Source: Phoronis australis
Lineage: Eukaryota; Animalia; Phoronida
NCBI GenBank assembly: GCA_002633005.1
Contig: NMRA01000255.1
Coordinates: forward strand, 251,420-315,419
Length of the DNA stretch: 64,000 nt
Reading direction: 5' to 3'
How positions within the stretch are numbered: the stretch's first letter is position 1; every line of letters begins with the position of its first letter. The position numbers were made by a program, and so were the translations under genes. Below the pieces are notes generated by a model that worked only from the letters and a program-made list of their open reading frames with translations, ran no database searches and was not told the DNA's origin. This document shows, piece after piece, positions 39,104-52,300 of this stretch.

Positions 39104-42100
39104 GTTTGGCGGCTTTTTCTTTGTTACTTGTCTCGTGTAAATTGTTACCTTATTGTTTGGTAAAAATTCTTCAATTTGGTACAGAACATGACAGGTGGGT
39201 GAAATTTCGTTTTTTTGTCAAATTTTTTAACAAAAGCTACTTCTCTAGAAATTTCACTTTGCTTTTAGCGTGGTTTATGTGGTGTAGTTATATGGCAACT
39301 TTAGCAATTATTTTTGTCCCTGATTGAAGAATTTTTACCCTCTAATATTTGGAGTTGATTTGATAAATTAAATGTGAACTTGTTCATGAAATATCAAATT
39401 TTATTTCTTATCGTTGTTGACCTGGACATGGTGTTAACTGCGCAGTCTAGCCCTGGAAGATTGTTTGTTCATGTAAAGGGTAGATTTTGACTTGGCCGAC
39501 CGTAGTGTAGTAGGACCCTCATGGTTGGATTGTGTGTTTTTTGTAAAATCATGTCTTGCGTAAATATTTGGGTCAACGCCGATGCTTGTGTTCAGCGCTC
39601 AGTCCCTACTTTTGAAAATTTTTCCTTCACTCAGTTTTGTGTTGGTCACCTTATCTAAGTTCTGTTGACCCAAAACATGCATTGCAGCGATAAGTCTTCA
39701 CTTATGGAACCCGAACAAAAACTATGCCATAGTCCTTCAAACTATCCCATAATGCAACTTTCCAATCTCAACATTCAGTTACTTCAGTCCACTTTTCTAG
39801 GTTATGCTTGAAATATCTTGAGCTCTCTCAAAACACTCATGAAACACTTGCTTTTTTCTAGCAGGATTTTGCATGATCTTGGTTTTTCTATGGAAAGTGA
39901 TCAGGACATTTCACGTGTTTTCTGACTAGCTGATTACTGTTCAAAATTTTTCTTTGTAATTGAAAGATGAAGAATATTAACCAGTCAAGTTTGTTCATTT
40001 CAGGTGATTGACCGAAGGATTCGTGAGTTATCAGTTGAGACGGACATTTTACCTCTGGATACACCTGCTTTTACACTGAAAGAGAATGGTTACAAGTAAG
40101 TTGCCATTGTTCAATAGATACTGTCCGTTTACTGCTATTCTGGATAAGCTAGTAAATTACAGTTTTGCAACGGTGTTGTTGCAGTGGTAACTACACTTCC
40201 CTTTTGCTACAGTCTTCAGTTGTTATGCCGACAACACATCGCAGGCCCAATTCATTCATGACTATGACTGCACAGTACTGCTTGCCTGGACATGGGGCTG
40301 CCGTAAATGCAGCTGGCTTTCAGGCCAAGCTAGCTTCTAGTCCAAAATGTCCGTAGTGAGAGTACGGGCAGGTACCTGTCCTGCAAGACCTGAAGAATTG
40401 AACACACATCCTCCGCACGCGGAAAAGTTATGCATCATGATGCAGATTAGTTGTAGTGGGATTACAGCTGGTGGTGTTGCCACTGGGACAACTGCTTTTC
40501 GCCAGTTATGGGTGTTGTATTGTGTACGGCTAGTATGTCTAGTCAAGAATATGGATATAAAATATGATAGCAGGCTGTGATGTGAAAAATACTCATCTTA
40601 TATTTATGCAATGAAGAGAATTGAGTTAAAACCTAAATCTGTTTAAATAATCATTTGTGTTGCTGCTTCAGGGCTATCATAATCTCTGGCGGTCCAAGTT
40701 CGGTGTATGCTGACGATGCTCCTGTCTATGACAGCGACATCTTCAGGTGTGGTCTTCCTGTCTTAGGAATATGTTATGGCATGCAGGTAAGTTAAGACTA
40801 TGAATTAATTATAAGCTATTTCTTTTGTATTTTGATTAAATTGTGTAGGTGAAAATCTGATGAATTGTCAACTATTTTATTCTGATTATTTGGCTTTCAG
40901 TCACTGTGGAAAAATTGAAAACTTATGGGAAATGACAAAAATGGTTTCCATGCATACAAATCTCATAGAAATTGAAAATGTTTAAAAAATAAAAAATACT
41001 TTTTAAACAGATTGTGGCGAATCTACTTCTTTGGGATGCTAATGTGAGTGTTATTCACTTTGAATATTGCAAGAATTTCTAGAAAAATTATCAGTTCCAC
41101 TATTTTTGAAACACTGACAGAATATTAACTCTTTCTTATCAATACAGTTTTTAAATTCTTCACCTCTTATAGCATATGTGTGTATGCGCTAAAAAAAATT
41201 ACCCAATTAACATTTCCTAAGTGCATAATCGCTATTGCTTTTTTACAATTCAAAGGTCACATTTTCCATGTAAGGGAAATGTGCTACGTCTATGTCTTGC
41301 CATTCCAAATTCGTAGACGTGCTTTGCCAGAAAAATCAACAAAGCGACAAGCAGATGTGAAGACAATTTTTTTTTGAAATTTTAAACTAAAGGAAAATGC
41401 TGTGACATCAACAGCAATTTAAAATCTTTACGAGCACACCATAAAAATACCTGGTGAACAGATTGTCTTCTGTTTCAGTGTCAGAGAACTTGAATAATGT
41501 AATTTAGCCTGTTTTTTTTTCATTCTATGCCACTTTAAGTTAATGAGAACTTTTTTGTTTGCAAATCTTATCTTGAAATACTATTCAAGGTCATGGCAAG
41601 AAAATCAAGTTTTGTTTCGGGAAATGGTGCTGTAATATCTCAAGAAGGGAGCTTTAGATTGTGTCACTTGATAATTAGTACCTAAGAGTAGGTGGGCATC
41701 TTAAGGCGCTAGTTAATTTTGGTGACCTTGAGATAAATTTCAATGAAGTGTAAAATATTCAAAGAGTGATTTTATTTCTTTCAGATGCTCAATAAAGAAT
41801 TTGATGGTGCTGTCACTAAAAAGTCTGCCAGGGAAGATGGCCAGTTCACCGTCAGGGTGAATACCTGTTGTAAATTATTCAAGTAAGTGTCGACGGTGGT
41901 ACTGATCACAAATTACAAAGTGTCCCATTAGTGAGACAAGGTGCTTTAGCTGTTAGTCAAGCCACATGCAAGCTCTAACCAATGATTCATCTTTATGGCT
42001 CTATTTGGGGCTGAATATCATTCCCATTTCCTTATGAAAAATATTTTAATGTCACGTACAATTCGGTGATAAGGCCCAAAAATTCCGTCCATTGATAAAA

Positions 42101-45100
42101 AATTCCCACTCTAAGTTAGAACCAGTTCTGCAAAACATTGATTTTGGCTTCATGGGGTTTTCTAATTTGGAGTGGCCACCAAAGGGTGGAATTACGGGTG
42201 ACACGGTTATATAGGGGAGTCCAAATGTTTAAAAAAAAGACCCACCCAGTGAAAGAGGCAGTGGCATTAACTTTTACTTATTATTGTTTACTATAAGTTT
42301 AAACACATAACACTTATCAAATGAAAACATAAATATGCCAGGTTCTATATATATTTAATTATTTTCATGGTTTGCCTGCAACTGAGTGGGGTTTAGTGAC
42401 TTATTTCATGGTTTGCCTGCAACTGAGTGGGGTTTAGTGACTTATTTCATGGTTTGCCTGCAACTGAGTGGGGTTTAGTGACTTATTTCATGGTCTTGGC
42501 CCATTACTTCTCCCGAAAATGCAAAATTTGTGCCCTATGGTTGTCAAAGAGTTGGGAATGTCATGGCAGTTTTTCACATGCATAGGAAGCAGCCAACAAA
42601 ACTACTGATGCAATTAGATGAGCCCAATTGTGATTTGTCGTTGACTTGAGCAATCCCCAAAAGCATAGTAGTTACATAAGTGAGAAATGCAAAAGTAACA
42701 ACCAATAAGATTCACCAAAAGCATTTCTATTCAAGGTTTTTTGACATTCCTAACACTACTGTTGGGTCTGACCAGTGTCGCAGTGTACATGGAATATTTG
42801 CTAGTGTGCTAAGAACGCACTTATCGTCTGTTAAATTTCTTAATTCTGAAGTGATTGATGGCCATGTTTTAATGTTTTGCCCGTCCTGCCAAACCTGTTT
42901 AAATATAAATTCTTTCTGTACAAAAGACGGTAACTGTATAAACCTCTGGGGCATCCCCTCAACCACTAAAAACTCCTCTCAGAAAGTGCAGGCACCTGGC
43001 ACGAAGCATGTCATTAGTTGTAGTTTACAAAAAACATTTTGATGTGAAAAACAGTGGAGTTGATCAGCTTTGTGACTGGGCTCTCTCATTATTTGTCATA
43101 ATTGTAGAAAATTCTTTTGAAATTTTTTGCTGTTTTTTACATTGAAACTTGCCTGGTGCCTTTTTTACTAATTTTGTATTCGGTCAAGGACACCTACCCT
43201 TGTGAACTATCTTCCTTGTTATTGAATTCATTAGAAGGTTACCTTTCTTTAGAAAAATGTTGTGTTGTTCTGTAATTGGCACTCTTCAGATGTTTGGTGA
43301 AAGTGAAATGACTACATTCGGAGTTACTAAAAGTCTATTTTAGGATTGTGACCTGAAAGGACAATGGCTCAGATTATCCTGTACCTATATTATGTAAAAG
43401 TTGAAATGACATGACATCTGACCGAAATCGGTATGACACATCAACTCGACATCAACTCGCCCCTGTTGTTACTCTTTGATGTTGCAATCTCGTCATATGG
43501 TGTTTCAGGAATCTTTCAGATGAACAAGTGGTGCTGCTGACGCATGGGGACAGCATTCACACTGTGTCAAATGACATGAGTGTTATAGCTATGTCTGGGG
43601 ATATCATTACAGGTGGGTTGTCATGGTTTAAATCTGTTACAAGTCTCTCAATACCCCAATTGTTGGGTCCAAATATCAGCCCCATTCCAACCTGAAAAAC
43701 TTTAAATTGAAAAGTACATTGAAATTCTCCTTACAAGGTCTAAAAAGTTCCTTGAGTGGTCAAGAATTGTTCTCTTGGTGGTAGATTTAATTGATAAGTG
43801 CTGAAGTTCACACTTTCCAAGCCTTATACAGATTTAATTTTTGGCTCGTTCAAATGAATTTGTTGATGACCTTGGGGGGAGGAGAATGCATATTTCCCTT
43901 GAGATGTGCGTGGGCCACGTGCACGAGACAAGCATTATAAAGGTTCCGCATTACTAATTAAAATTGAATAAGCGATAATAACATAACTTTTTTATTAGAG
44001 ACTCAGATGTGAAAACTGAGGATTTCAGCATCCAGGAAATGTTTCGGAAGTCAGACATTTGGTAAAAAATCAAGAAGAGTTTATCTTGTAGCTCATAGAA
44101 CTCTGAATCAAAAATGCCAAAAACCTTTTTTACTAATATTGAAGTTGTGTAGGTCTCAGTGAAAAATCACAGTTAGGAGGAATAGCCACATGACTGTTAC
44201 TCTATGGGCATCATGTTTCATGCACGTAATGTATTTCTATGATTATCAGAGATTTGAAAAATGTTTCGTTTCTTAAGCTGACATGTGGAATGCTAAAAGT
44301 ACTATAAACGCACCTTTGAAATAGGATACCTGGGCTTCATTAAAATCGCAATTTATTGTCACCTGGGGACAAGGCTCAATAAATTGAATTGCTCAGGTTG
44401 GTTATTTTTATGTGCTTAACTTGGTCTCAACCAATGACAAAGGCAAAAGTCATTTACGGGGTGTTGAATTTTAAGAACCAGTGTGATGCCCAATGTTGAA
44501 TGGAGAAAATTGGTTCCTAAAATGTAGGACCCCTGTATGTGAACTGCCTGCACTTCCTTAGCCACAAATCGCTTCTAATCTGATAAAAGACAGGTTGAAA
44601 CCAATTTTGTAATGGCAAGTGGCCTGGTAAATCAAAAATTAATTTCTTTGATAGGTGGGTAAAAAGCACCTTATAATGTATTTGACAAACTTTAACCCTT
44701 CAGTTGGTAATCAAAGGATTTAATTCCGGTTAAGTTTCATTCAAGGTTCACATGGTGTTTTTGCTCTTTCACCATCAGGTATTTGTAATGAGGAGATGAA
44801 ACTGTATGGCGTGCAGTTTCACCCTGAGGTTGATCTGACCGAGAACGGGCGGCAGATGTTTCACAACTTCTTGTTTGACATCGCTGGTTGCAAGGCGACG
44901 TTCACAATGCAAAGTCGGGAAGACATATGTATTCAGTACATCAAAGATACTGTTCAAGACCACAAAGTGCTGGTGAGAGTTATGATGTCAAAAACACTCT
45001 TACCTAGAGACACAGTGCAATATTTTCTTGGTTTAAACACCTTTGTTGCATTTTTATTCTTCACCAGAATTCAAGTTGTTGATATTATTTAAATGAATCC

Positions 45101-48100
45101 TGTGTGATGATGTGTCCCCTTAGCAACCTTTCGGTGCTGCTTTTTAACATGTAACTAAGCTACAGAGGCCTACCAAGTTTTCTTCTTTTGTTGCATTTCT
45201 CAGAAATCACTACAAGTCTGAGTAAAGAACAAGTTGTTGCTATTTAGTAGCTAGTCAAATTAAAATGTTAGTTGTTGGTGCTTTTGACTTGCGAAAGTGT
45301 TGATGGAGGGTAGGTTGGGACTTTGTTATGAGAAATGTTTGATGTTTGTGACATTTTGTTCAGTGCTGTTTCAAATTAAACTTCTATTTCATCTGCTGCT
45401 TCAGGACTACCAGTCTTCCCCCTCACAGGTCAGCAAGGATGTTCTCATTAACAACGTCCTTTTCTTATTAGCATAGCTTTCTTACAATCGATATAGTTCC
45501 TTTATCATCAACTACAATTCAGTTCTTTCTAACTCAATTATTTTCTCATTAACTGATTTGAACAGATTGTAATAATTCCTTGTCCATGATATTAAACAGA
45601 TTTCTTTTTTTTCACATGCAGCAGCATGGCAGTGTTTATAAGTACATTCAGTTTATAAGTACATTCAAAATGCCTGTTCTTTCACTGAATGAATTAGTAA
45701 GAACTGAATTGTAGTTAATTTATAAAAAGAACTTTAGTTCAGTCATAAGAAAAGAATTCTTTGAATGAGAGAAAGATGTTAATGAGAACGCCTTTGCAAA
45801 CCATTAGAGACTAATATTGGTAGCATTGGTGTTTTCATAAATCAGATAAATAACATTAAAGAGAAAAATGGCATCTGATACCATCGCTCAACTTATTATT
45901 GATACAACTTTGGTATAAAATACTGAATGAAAGTGATGGGAGAGTTAATTCTTAATGTTTTGACAAGATGAGAAATGCAGCTGAACGCTAGGCACCATTT
46001 GTAGGCCCTAAATGTGTGGAGGGTTGTCTAGGATCTTAATAAATGACCCCAACTCTTTGTCAAACAAATCGAAAAAAAAACCTGTGCTTTGTCAACCATT
46101 AAAAGTATTTTGTTTTGTGAAAACAATGATTTAGGATTAAAAAAATATGCTTCTTATGTCAGCTTAAAAGTTTTTTTCATGACAATTATAAGTGTAGTCT
46201 TTCATGCAAAAAGAGAATATTTTAAAAAGAATTCCGACCTCACACTATTTTGGAGAACTGTGCGTCTCAAAATTTCATTCTGAGAAATGATATTCCAAAT
46301 TGGGAAATTTTCTAGTGTTTTACATTACCTTAAATAGCTATTTGAAATTAATATTAATAGTAGACCCATAAAATGCTTGATAGCTATGTCCACATCTTGG
46401 TAATCACACGATTGAACTTATTCTGAAAATGAGCTATTTCTTGGAGTTCCTTTGATTTTTTTATGGACACATTTCTGTGCAAAAGTTGCAAACTCGGTTT
46501 CAAAAGCTGGTCTGTTCAAGAATCGAAACTTCTGTCTTTTTCAAGGAATGTTGACATCTTCATTTTTGACATGGGAATGGGTTAAAGGACCTTAAAAGAA
46601 AATCACAGAGTTTGCAGCTAATAAAAATCAGTGAAACAGATTTCGCAAGTTTCATGCTTGTCGAAAATACGGCGATGTCAGTGAAAAATCATGTTTTTTA
46701 CAAAATTGCAGACACTTTATTAGGAACATCTGGAAAAAGAATCGATAATCGAGGATTTTGAAATTTATAGTTTAAAGAGTTTACTTAAAAAGTTATTTTA
46801 ACTATCCAGTCATTGGTAGTGAAGGTATCGTATTACCTTAAGATCAAATATTTCTCGTTTGTGAATATGAAGGATTATGACTTCTAATTTTTATCGAAAT
46901 AGTTACAGTGCAACTCATGTGGCAAATAGTGGTACTAAGATGTCTTAGAGTATGGCGAGGGAAGGTCTGCTGCCATCTTGTAGAAGCACATCATACACCT
47001 GTCTTCACTCAGTCTTCGTCTAAAGTTCTAAGCATTAACAAAATGTTTGTGAACTCAGTGTCCATGCACAAAATGTAGGGATGGCTTTATTCAATTTACT
47101 TAGTTCATGTGATATTGCGGTGCATGTGATATTGCAGATGCTGCTCAGTGGAGGTGTTGACTCGACAGTGTGTGCAGCTCTGCTGCGTAAAGCTTTGCCG
47201 GAGGATCAGATCATAGCGCTTCACATTAATAACGGGTTCATGAGAAAGGATGAAAGTGAGAATGTGGAGAAGTCGCTGAGTGACATAGGGTTAAAGGTGA
47301 AAGGTGAGCACGGTTTGGGTTACAGCGCTTTATGTTAATAATGGGTTCATGAGGAAGCATGAAAGTGGAAATGTAGAGAGGTCACCGAGTGACATAGGGT
47401 TAAAGGTGAAAGGTGACCATGTATGCATAGGTAAAATACGGAACTGATCTCTCAATAAAAGTAATTTACTGTTGCATGTATGCAACCCACTGCGTAGTGG
47501 GGTATTTTTTGTATTCGGGCAGCTGTTTTGCGAAAAGTTCCCTTATGTTGATAATGGTGGAAGCGCAACCAAGTATACTGGACCTGTTCAAAGATTGGTT
47601 TTGCACAGTATTAATTGCATTGAGAAATCTTTCCTTGACTTGTGTACCATTTGCAGTTGTGGATGCATCGCATACGTTTTACACTGGTGCCACAGCCATA
47701 ACAGTCGACCGCAGTGACCCAAAGTCACGGAAACGGAAAACAAAGACCCTGAACACCACGACTAATCCGGAAGAGAAACGTAAAATCATAGGAGACATAT
47801 TCATGCGTGTAAGTTAAACCTGGGGATCCTGTGAGCTGTCTGTCCAGTGATCTGCACGAGTTGGACGCTTTTCAAATTATCACGTGCCACGTACCAGTCA
47901 AAAGGTGTTGGTGATGTAATCCCCTCATTCATTTTCTACTTTTGACTAAATGCCCATCCGAGGTTTAAGTACAATGTTATTTGAGACGATCTGTTGTTTT
48001 TGGTTTTAAAGTTGATATCTAATATCTACCCTGTGTTTTGGTTTAACACCTTGCCTGCTTCACCTGGACGAATATAGTCTAGTCCATTTTCTTAAAGAGT

Positions 48101-49363
48101 GAAGTGTGTTCCTTTTTAATCAGTTTTGACATCTTAATTTTCAGGTTGCTAATGAAGTCATTGAAGAATTAAATTTGTCACCTGAAGATGTTTACCTGGG
48201 TCAAGGTGTGTATTTATCAAGAATGTCTACCAACTGTAAAGTTTCTTCCAAGTCCACACATTGCAAGTCTAATATTTGTTGAAATTATCAATTATCAAAA
48301 GCTCTTTGCAGCATTGCTAAAATGTTCAAGATTTTTGCGCTGAAAATGGAATAAAATGCTCTTCCAAAAATTTCATTAATAGAATTTCTCAATTCCACTG
48401 TTCCCCCATTCTCTTAATTTGAGAAGCTTTTCTTTGTGTTGATAAAAATTCTAAACTTTTCAAAAACTTCAGTTACTTCACAAAGTTAACCTCTTTCGCT
48501 ACCAAGTGCACCTTTCAGCAACTTACCCAAAAAGTGTAATCGGTGAGTTTGGTACTTTCCCATTCTTGAGTTAATAAGTCCTAAATTTCACGGGAGCTAA
48601 CTATGGTTGATTGACGTTATCATACCACAGAATGTCACTTTATCCAAATCATAAACAACAATCAAGTTTTTCTGGTATCCCCCCTTTTCTAATGAAATTT
48701 ATTGTTGTTAATAGTTTACCTGAGTGTCCACTGTGATTGATGCAGAAGCATCTTAAGTGTTCATTGCTGATATTTTGACTCAAACTGGAAACGATTTTGA
48801 TCTGGGTTTCGAGTTACAAATGTCAGACGAGGCTCTAGTATTTCAATCAAAACCTATTTCCACTTCTCCCTTTACGTTTCATCCGTTTTAGTAATTGCAC
48901 CCTATTTTATGAGTTTCCCCAAAACCTAATTGGCTCTGGGAATGTAGTTCTAAAAACGCTTTGCAGTAAAAGTGTTAACTTCTGTATTCACTGTGTCTAA
49001 CGATATTGTAATTGCTGGCTTTAATAGAACCTATTTCCAAAAATACTTAACAGGCTACCACATGGACAATCCTCTTCTAGGTGATATTCAATTGATGTGT
49101 CAGGGATGTCAGCAGTTTGAGTTGTCTGTTAATCATTCCGGGCACTTTCACGTCTTGGCTACAGAGGTAAACAATTGAGCATCATAACTCCTCTGTAATT
49201 CAAAAATGGTCTCTGTTGTGTAGTCATGTTTACATTTTGATGCTTCTCAGGCACACTGCGACCCGACCTCATAGAGAGTGCGTCCCAGTTGGCCAGTCAC
49301 AAGGCGGACGCCATCAAGACTCACCACAATGACACAGATTTAGTACGGGAGTTACGCAAGCAG
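39020..49363 (+). CDS. GMPS: GMP synthase [glutamine-hydrolysing], N-terminal half (GATase domain and start of the ATP-PPase domain); remainder outside the window
   Basis: Exons 39020-39103, 40004-40095, 40672-40786, 41785-41882, 43509-43612, 44779-44972, 47138-47303, 47657-47808, 48145-48205, 49251-49363. Motifs: [32 protein letters not shown] (catalytic Cys), [15 protein letters not shown] (His/Glu), P-loop [37 protein letters not shown]. Confidence 0.96.
40004..40095 (+). CDS. GMPS: GMPS exon ([13 protein letters not shown])
   Basis: tttcag|GTG..AA|gtaagt. Confidence 0.92.
40672..40786 (+). CDS. GMPS: GMPS exon ([19 protein letters not shown])
   Basis: cttcag|G..CAG|gtaagt. Confidence 0.93.
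41785..41882 (+). CDS. GMPS: GMPS exon (MLNKEF..REDGQF..LF)
   Basis: tttcag|ATG..AA|gtaagt. Confidence 0.92.
42363..42494. repeat. 41-bp minisatellite, 3 perfect copies
   Basis: tttcatggtttgcctgcaactgagtggggtttagtgactta x3. Confidence 0.93.
43509..43612 (+). CDS. GMPS: GMPS exon ([18 protein letters not shown])
   Basis: tttcag|G..G|gtgggt. Confidence 0.92.
44779..44972 (+). CDS. GMPS: GMPS exon ([20 protein letters not shown])
   Basis: catcag|GT..CTG|gtgaga. Confidence 0.93.
45433..45798. mobile_element. MITE-like element with long degenerate inverted repeats
   Basis: gttctcattaaca..aactacaattcagttctt vs aagaactgaattgtagtt..tgttaatgagaac. Confidence 0.65.
47138..47303 (+). CDS. GMPS: GMPS exon ([16 protein letters not shown])
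   Basis: ttgcag|ATG..G|gtgagc. Confidence 0.93.
47335..47416 (+). repeat. Intronic duplicate of the GMPS exon 3' end plus donor (copy of 47226-47307)
   Basis: ttaataatgggttcatgagg..gagtgacatagggttaaaggtgaaaggtga, offset 109 bp. Confidence 0.9.
47657..47808 (+). CDS. GMPS: GMPS exon ([19 protein letters not shown])
   Basis: ttgcag|TT..CGT|gtaagt. Confidence 0.92.
48145..48205 (+). CDS. GMPS: GMPS exon ([15 protein letters not shown])
   Basis: tttcag|GTT..G|gtgtgt. Confidence 0.9.
49251..49363 (+). CDS. GMPS: GMPS exon ([22 protein letters not shown])
   Basis: tctcag|GC..CAG|gtaaga. Confidence 0.93.
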
Positions 49364-52300
49364 GTAAGAGGGTAGAGGTGCGTGGCACGTCCTGCTGTAG
49401 TCCATCTTACACCCCAGTGATCTGAGCCTGGGCATTAATCTTTGTAATCGAAATCGTTCGTAAAATTATGTCTGACATTTTCTGTTCTACTTTTGTAGTG
49501 TTCAGTACTATTCTGTGAGTGTATTATGGTGTGCATGGATGACTGTGCAATCCTAGCTTGCTCTTGGTGACCCCAACATTAAAGCTACAAGTTTCACTCT
49601 GAACTGGAATTGTCAAGTTAAATTACTCAAATCTTGAATTTTTACCTGTTATTTTGTTGCTCAAGTCGCGTGCGAATTTGGACTAGACATTCATCTGCGT
49701 AAACCACAATGAACTCGAGCACAGACAAGAGACACTTATTTTGACTTTTTAATAAAAGTAGAACTACAAAAAATGCCAAAAAAATTGTGTTCGATTTCAA
49801 GTTCGGAGATTAGACCTGGAAACTGGCATTCTGTGTCTGTGTATTTAGGTTTCCAGATGAAAGTTATGGATAACTCTGTCAACCGCAGCAACAATATTCT
49901 ACACTGGCTTGTTCATAAGCATACAGGCAATTAGAGTATTGTTCTTAGTTATATAAATGCCTCTGAAATGTGTCGCAATAAATGAGTAGAGAAGGGTGCC
50001 ATAATTTACGGCCTGTAATCATGTGCCTTGCCGAGTTGTGGAGGTGTTCTTTCAAAGGATTACTTTCAAGTGTTTTGATTAGAAAGCAGAGGGCACCACT
50101 AGTTCACTTCAAAATTGTCTTTCAGACTTGTTCAGATATACTGGAACATGCTCAGTGTGCAATGAATTTAATTTTTTTCATTTCTCATTATTTATTAATA
50201 AGACGCATTACAAAACACTTGTCGGCAGACGATTTGGTAATATTATGTGCATGTTAACAGGTATGGCAGTAAAAATAACTAATTAAAATCTGCGAGACTT
50301 TTACAAGCTGTTCTTGTTTTAATGTTCACGCCATCATTAGGAAATTACTCCGCACTCATCTTTAGAATGACAGCAGGCATGGTTCCAATTGGCTTTTGTT
50401 GACACAAAACTGCCACACAAGATTGTCTCTTATTTTTATTACTTTTTGTAAATGTTTTTTTTTTGTTGTTGTAAAGTGTGTCACATGAAACGGCGTGCTT
50501 AGATTTGACTTAATTTTGCAAGCCTTTAATTGAGCCTACAAGAAACTAGTATTGTTTCACAGTGCCCTCACAAGAGCTTCATTTTAAATTTGTGTAAGCC
50601 GGAAGCAATGTGCAAGTTTTTCTTTAGAGACGAAAACTGTACGTCATGAGTTTCATTGTTTTGTTCATATAAAGGATAAAATCCAGACTCTTAAAAATCT
50701 TTTATGTTGACCAAAACAAGAGAATTCTTAGCACTCTCAAAATTAGTTTGAAATGGTAAGCATTCAGCCGTATTCAATAAATCATGCAATGTTACATTGA
50801 CTATAAAAAGACATATTTTATTTATGCTGTCTACCCAGAATAAAAAGAACTTTTGTAGACTATGTGGGCATGTAACACGTGATTAATTTTGCTTAGCCGT
50901 TTGCTGAGTCATCAGCACTGTTGCACTAGGTAACATGTCATATTTTAAAAAATTAATTAGCCTGCCCTCCCGAAATGTTGTCTATGAAAGATATAAAGCC
51001 CATGGGCAGGAGAGGTGTTTTTATTGCAAGGCTCAAGTGCCTGTCAGAGTAGTCAAGGTTGGTCACCCTGGCCCAGATACATCCCTTGTTCAAATTACTG
51101 AATTTTCCAAAAGTGCAGTCACACCACATTTTCAGAAATTTTGCAAGTAATAATTTTTGAAGTGCTGAGCAGTTTACAGCGCCATGTAAATGTATCATGA
51201 TTATTATCGTTTTTAATTCTAGGATTTTAGTTCATTTTGATTGGGCCCAAAAGATCAAAATGAAGTTCTACTAACCTAACAAGTACCTACTGAATACACT
51301 CTACTGTTAAGCCATGTTAGTGAGTCTAGTTTGCAATGTTCGCTCACTAATTACATTGCATTCTACTAGTCCCAAGTCAGTCATACTCTTTAAATGTTGA
51401 TTTTGTTACAACGAATCTAGATTATTACATGCATTTTAGCAAAGTCTCGAGAGGATTTGTTGTGACACAGTTTGACTACATTTGAAATAAATTAGTTCTG
51501 CAGTGAGTTTGATTGCTTTTCCTATGTCCATACTGTGTAGTGAGGAAAGGCTGGCTTTGTAAGTGTGTGCGCTGCGGGTATGATGAAATGGTGATTGAAA
51601 TGGTCGATGGTGTTGTCTTCTTTTCTCATGAATGTTTAAGAGTGTAGGCTTTAGTTATGCAAAGATGTTTTTTGCAAACTAAGGTGGAAACTATGATTTT
51701 CTATAAAACTGAAGTAAACATGTGTTTAACCTGTACTGATGCACTGAGTTAACTCAAAAAGGTCATGGTCTGGTTAAGCTGTGGATAAACTTAATGGGGG
51801 GGCTTTCTGACTTCACATAAACACATCTCTCTGTCTACATTAGTGCTGTCAAACGGATCTTTTGGACGTTTTCATCAATGAAATTTGACAAAGTTTACAC
51901 TTTTAATTTAAAGGTTTTTTCAGACAACATTTTTCTAGATTAGTTGATTATAATTTGACTTGTGCATAATTTTATTATTTAAAATCTGTCACAACTGTGT
52001 TTGCCCTTGGAGTTGAAAATAATTTACCTAATCTAATCTAAACACCCCCAAGGACCCTTTTAACGCGTAATTAATATGTTGAAAACAAATACTTACGTGT
52101 GAGGTCCTGACACGTGTTAGAGAATATGAGGCACATGAATTTCAAGCCCATTCCACCTACCGCACTCTATACAGTACAGTCTACGAATACTTCATTGATG
52201 TCGAGGTGCCATACTAAGCGTATTCTTATCCGGACAGTCCCAAACTGGACACGTGAAACAGATGCTCCCACTTTAAAATCGAATTTCCTAGATTTTGTCA

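Noticed and set aside
45103-45225. Possible intronic C/D-box snoRNA (GTGATGA..CTGA)
   Set aside because: No terminal stem or recognisable rRNA antisense element; short boxes like these occur by chance.
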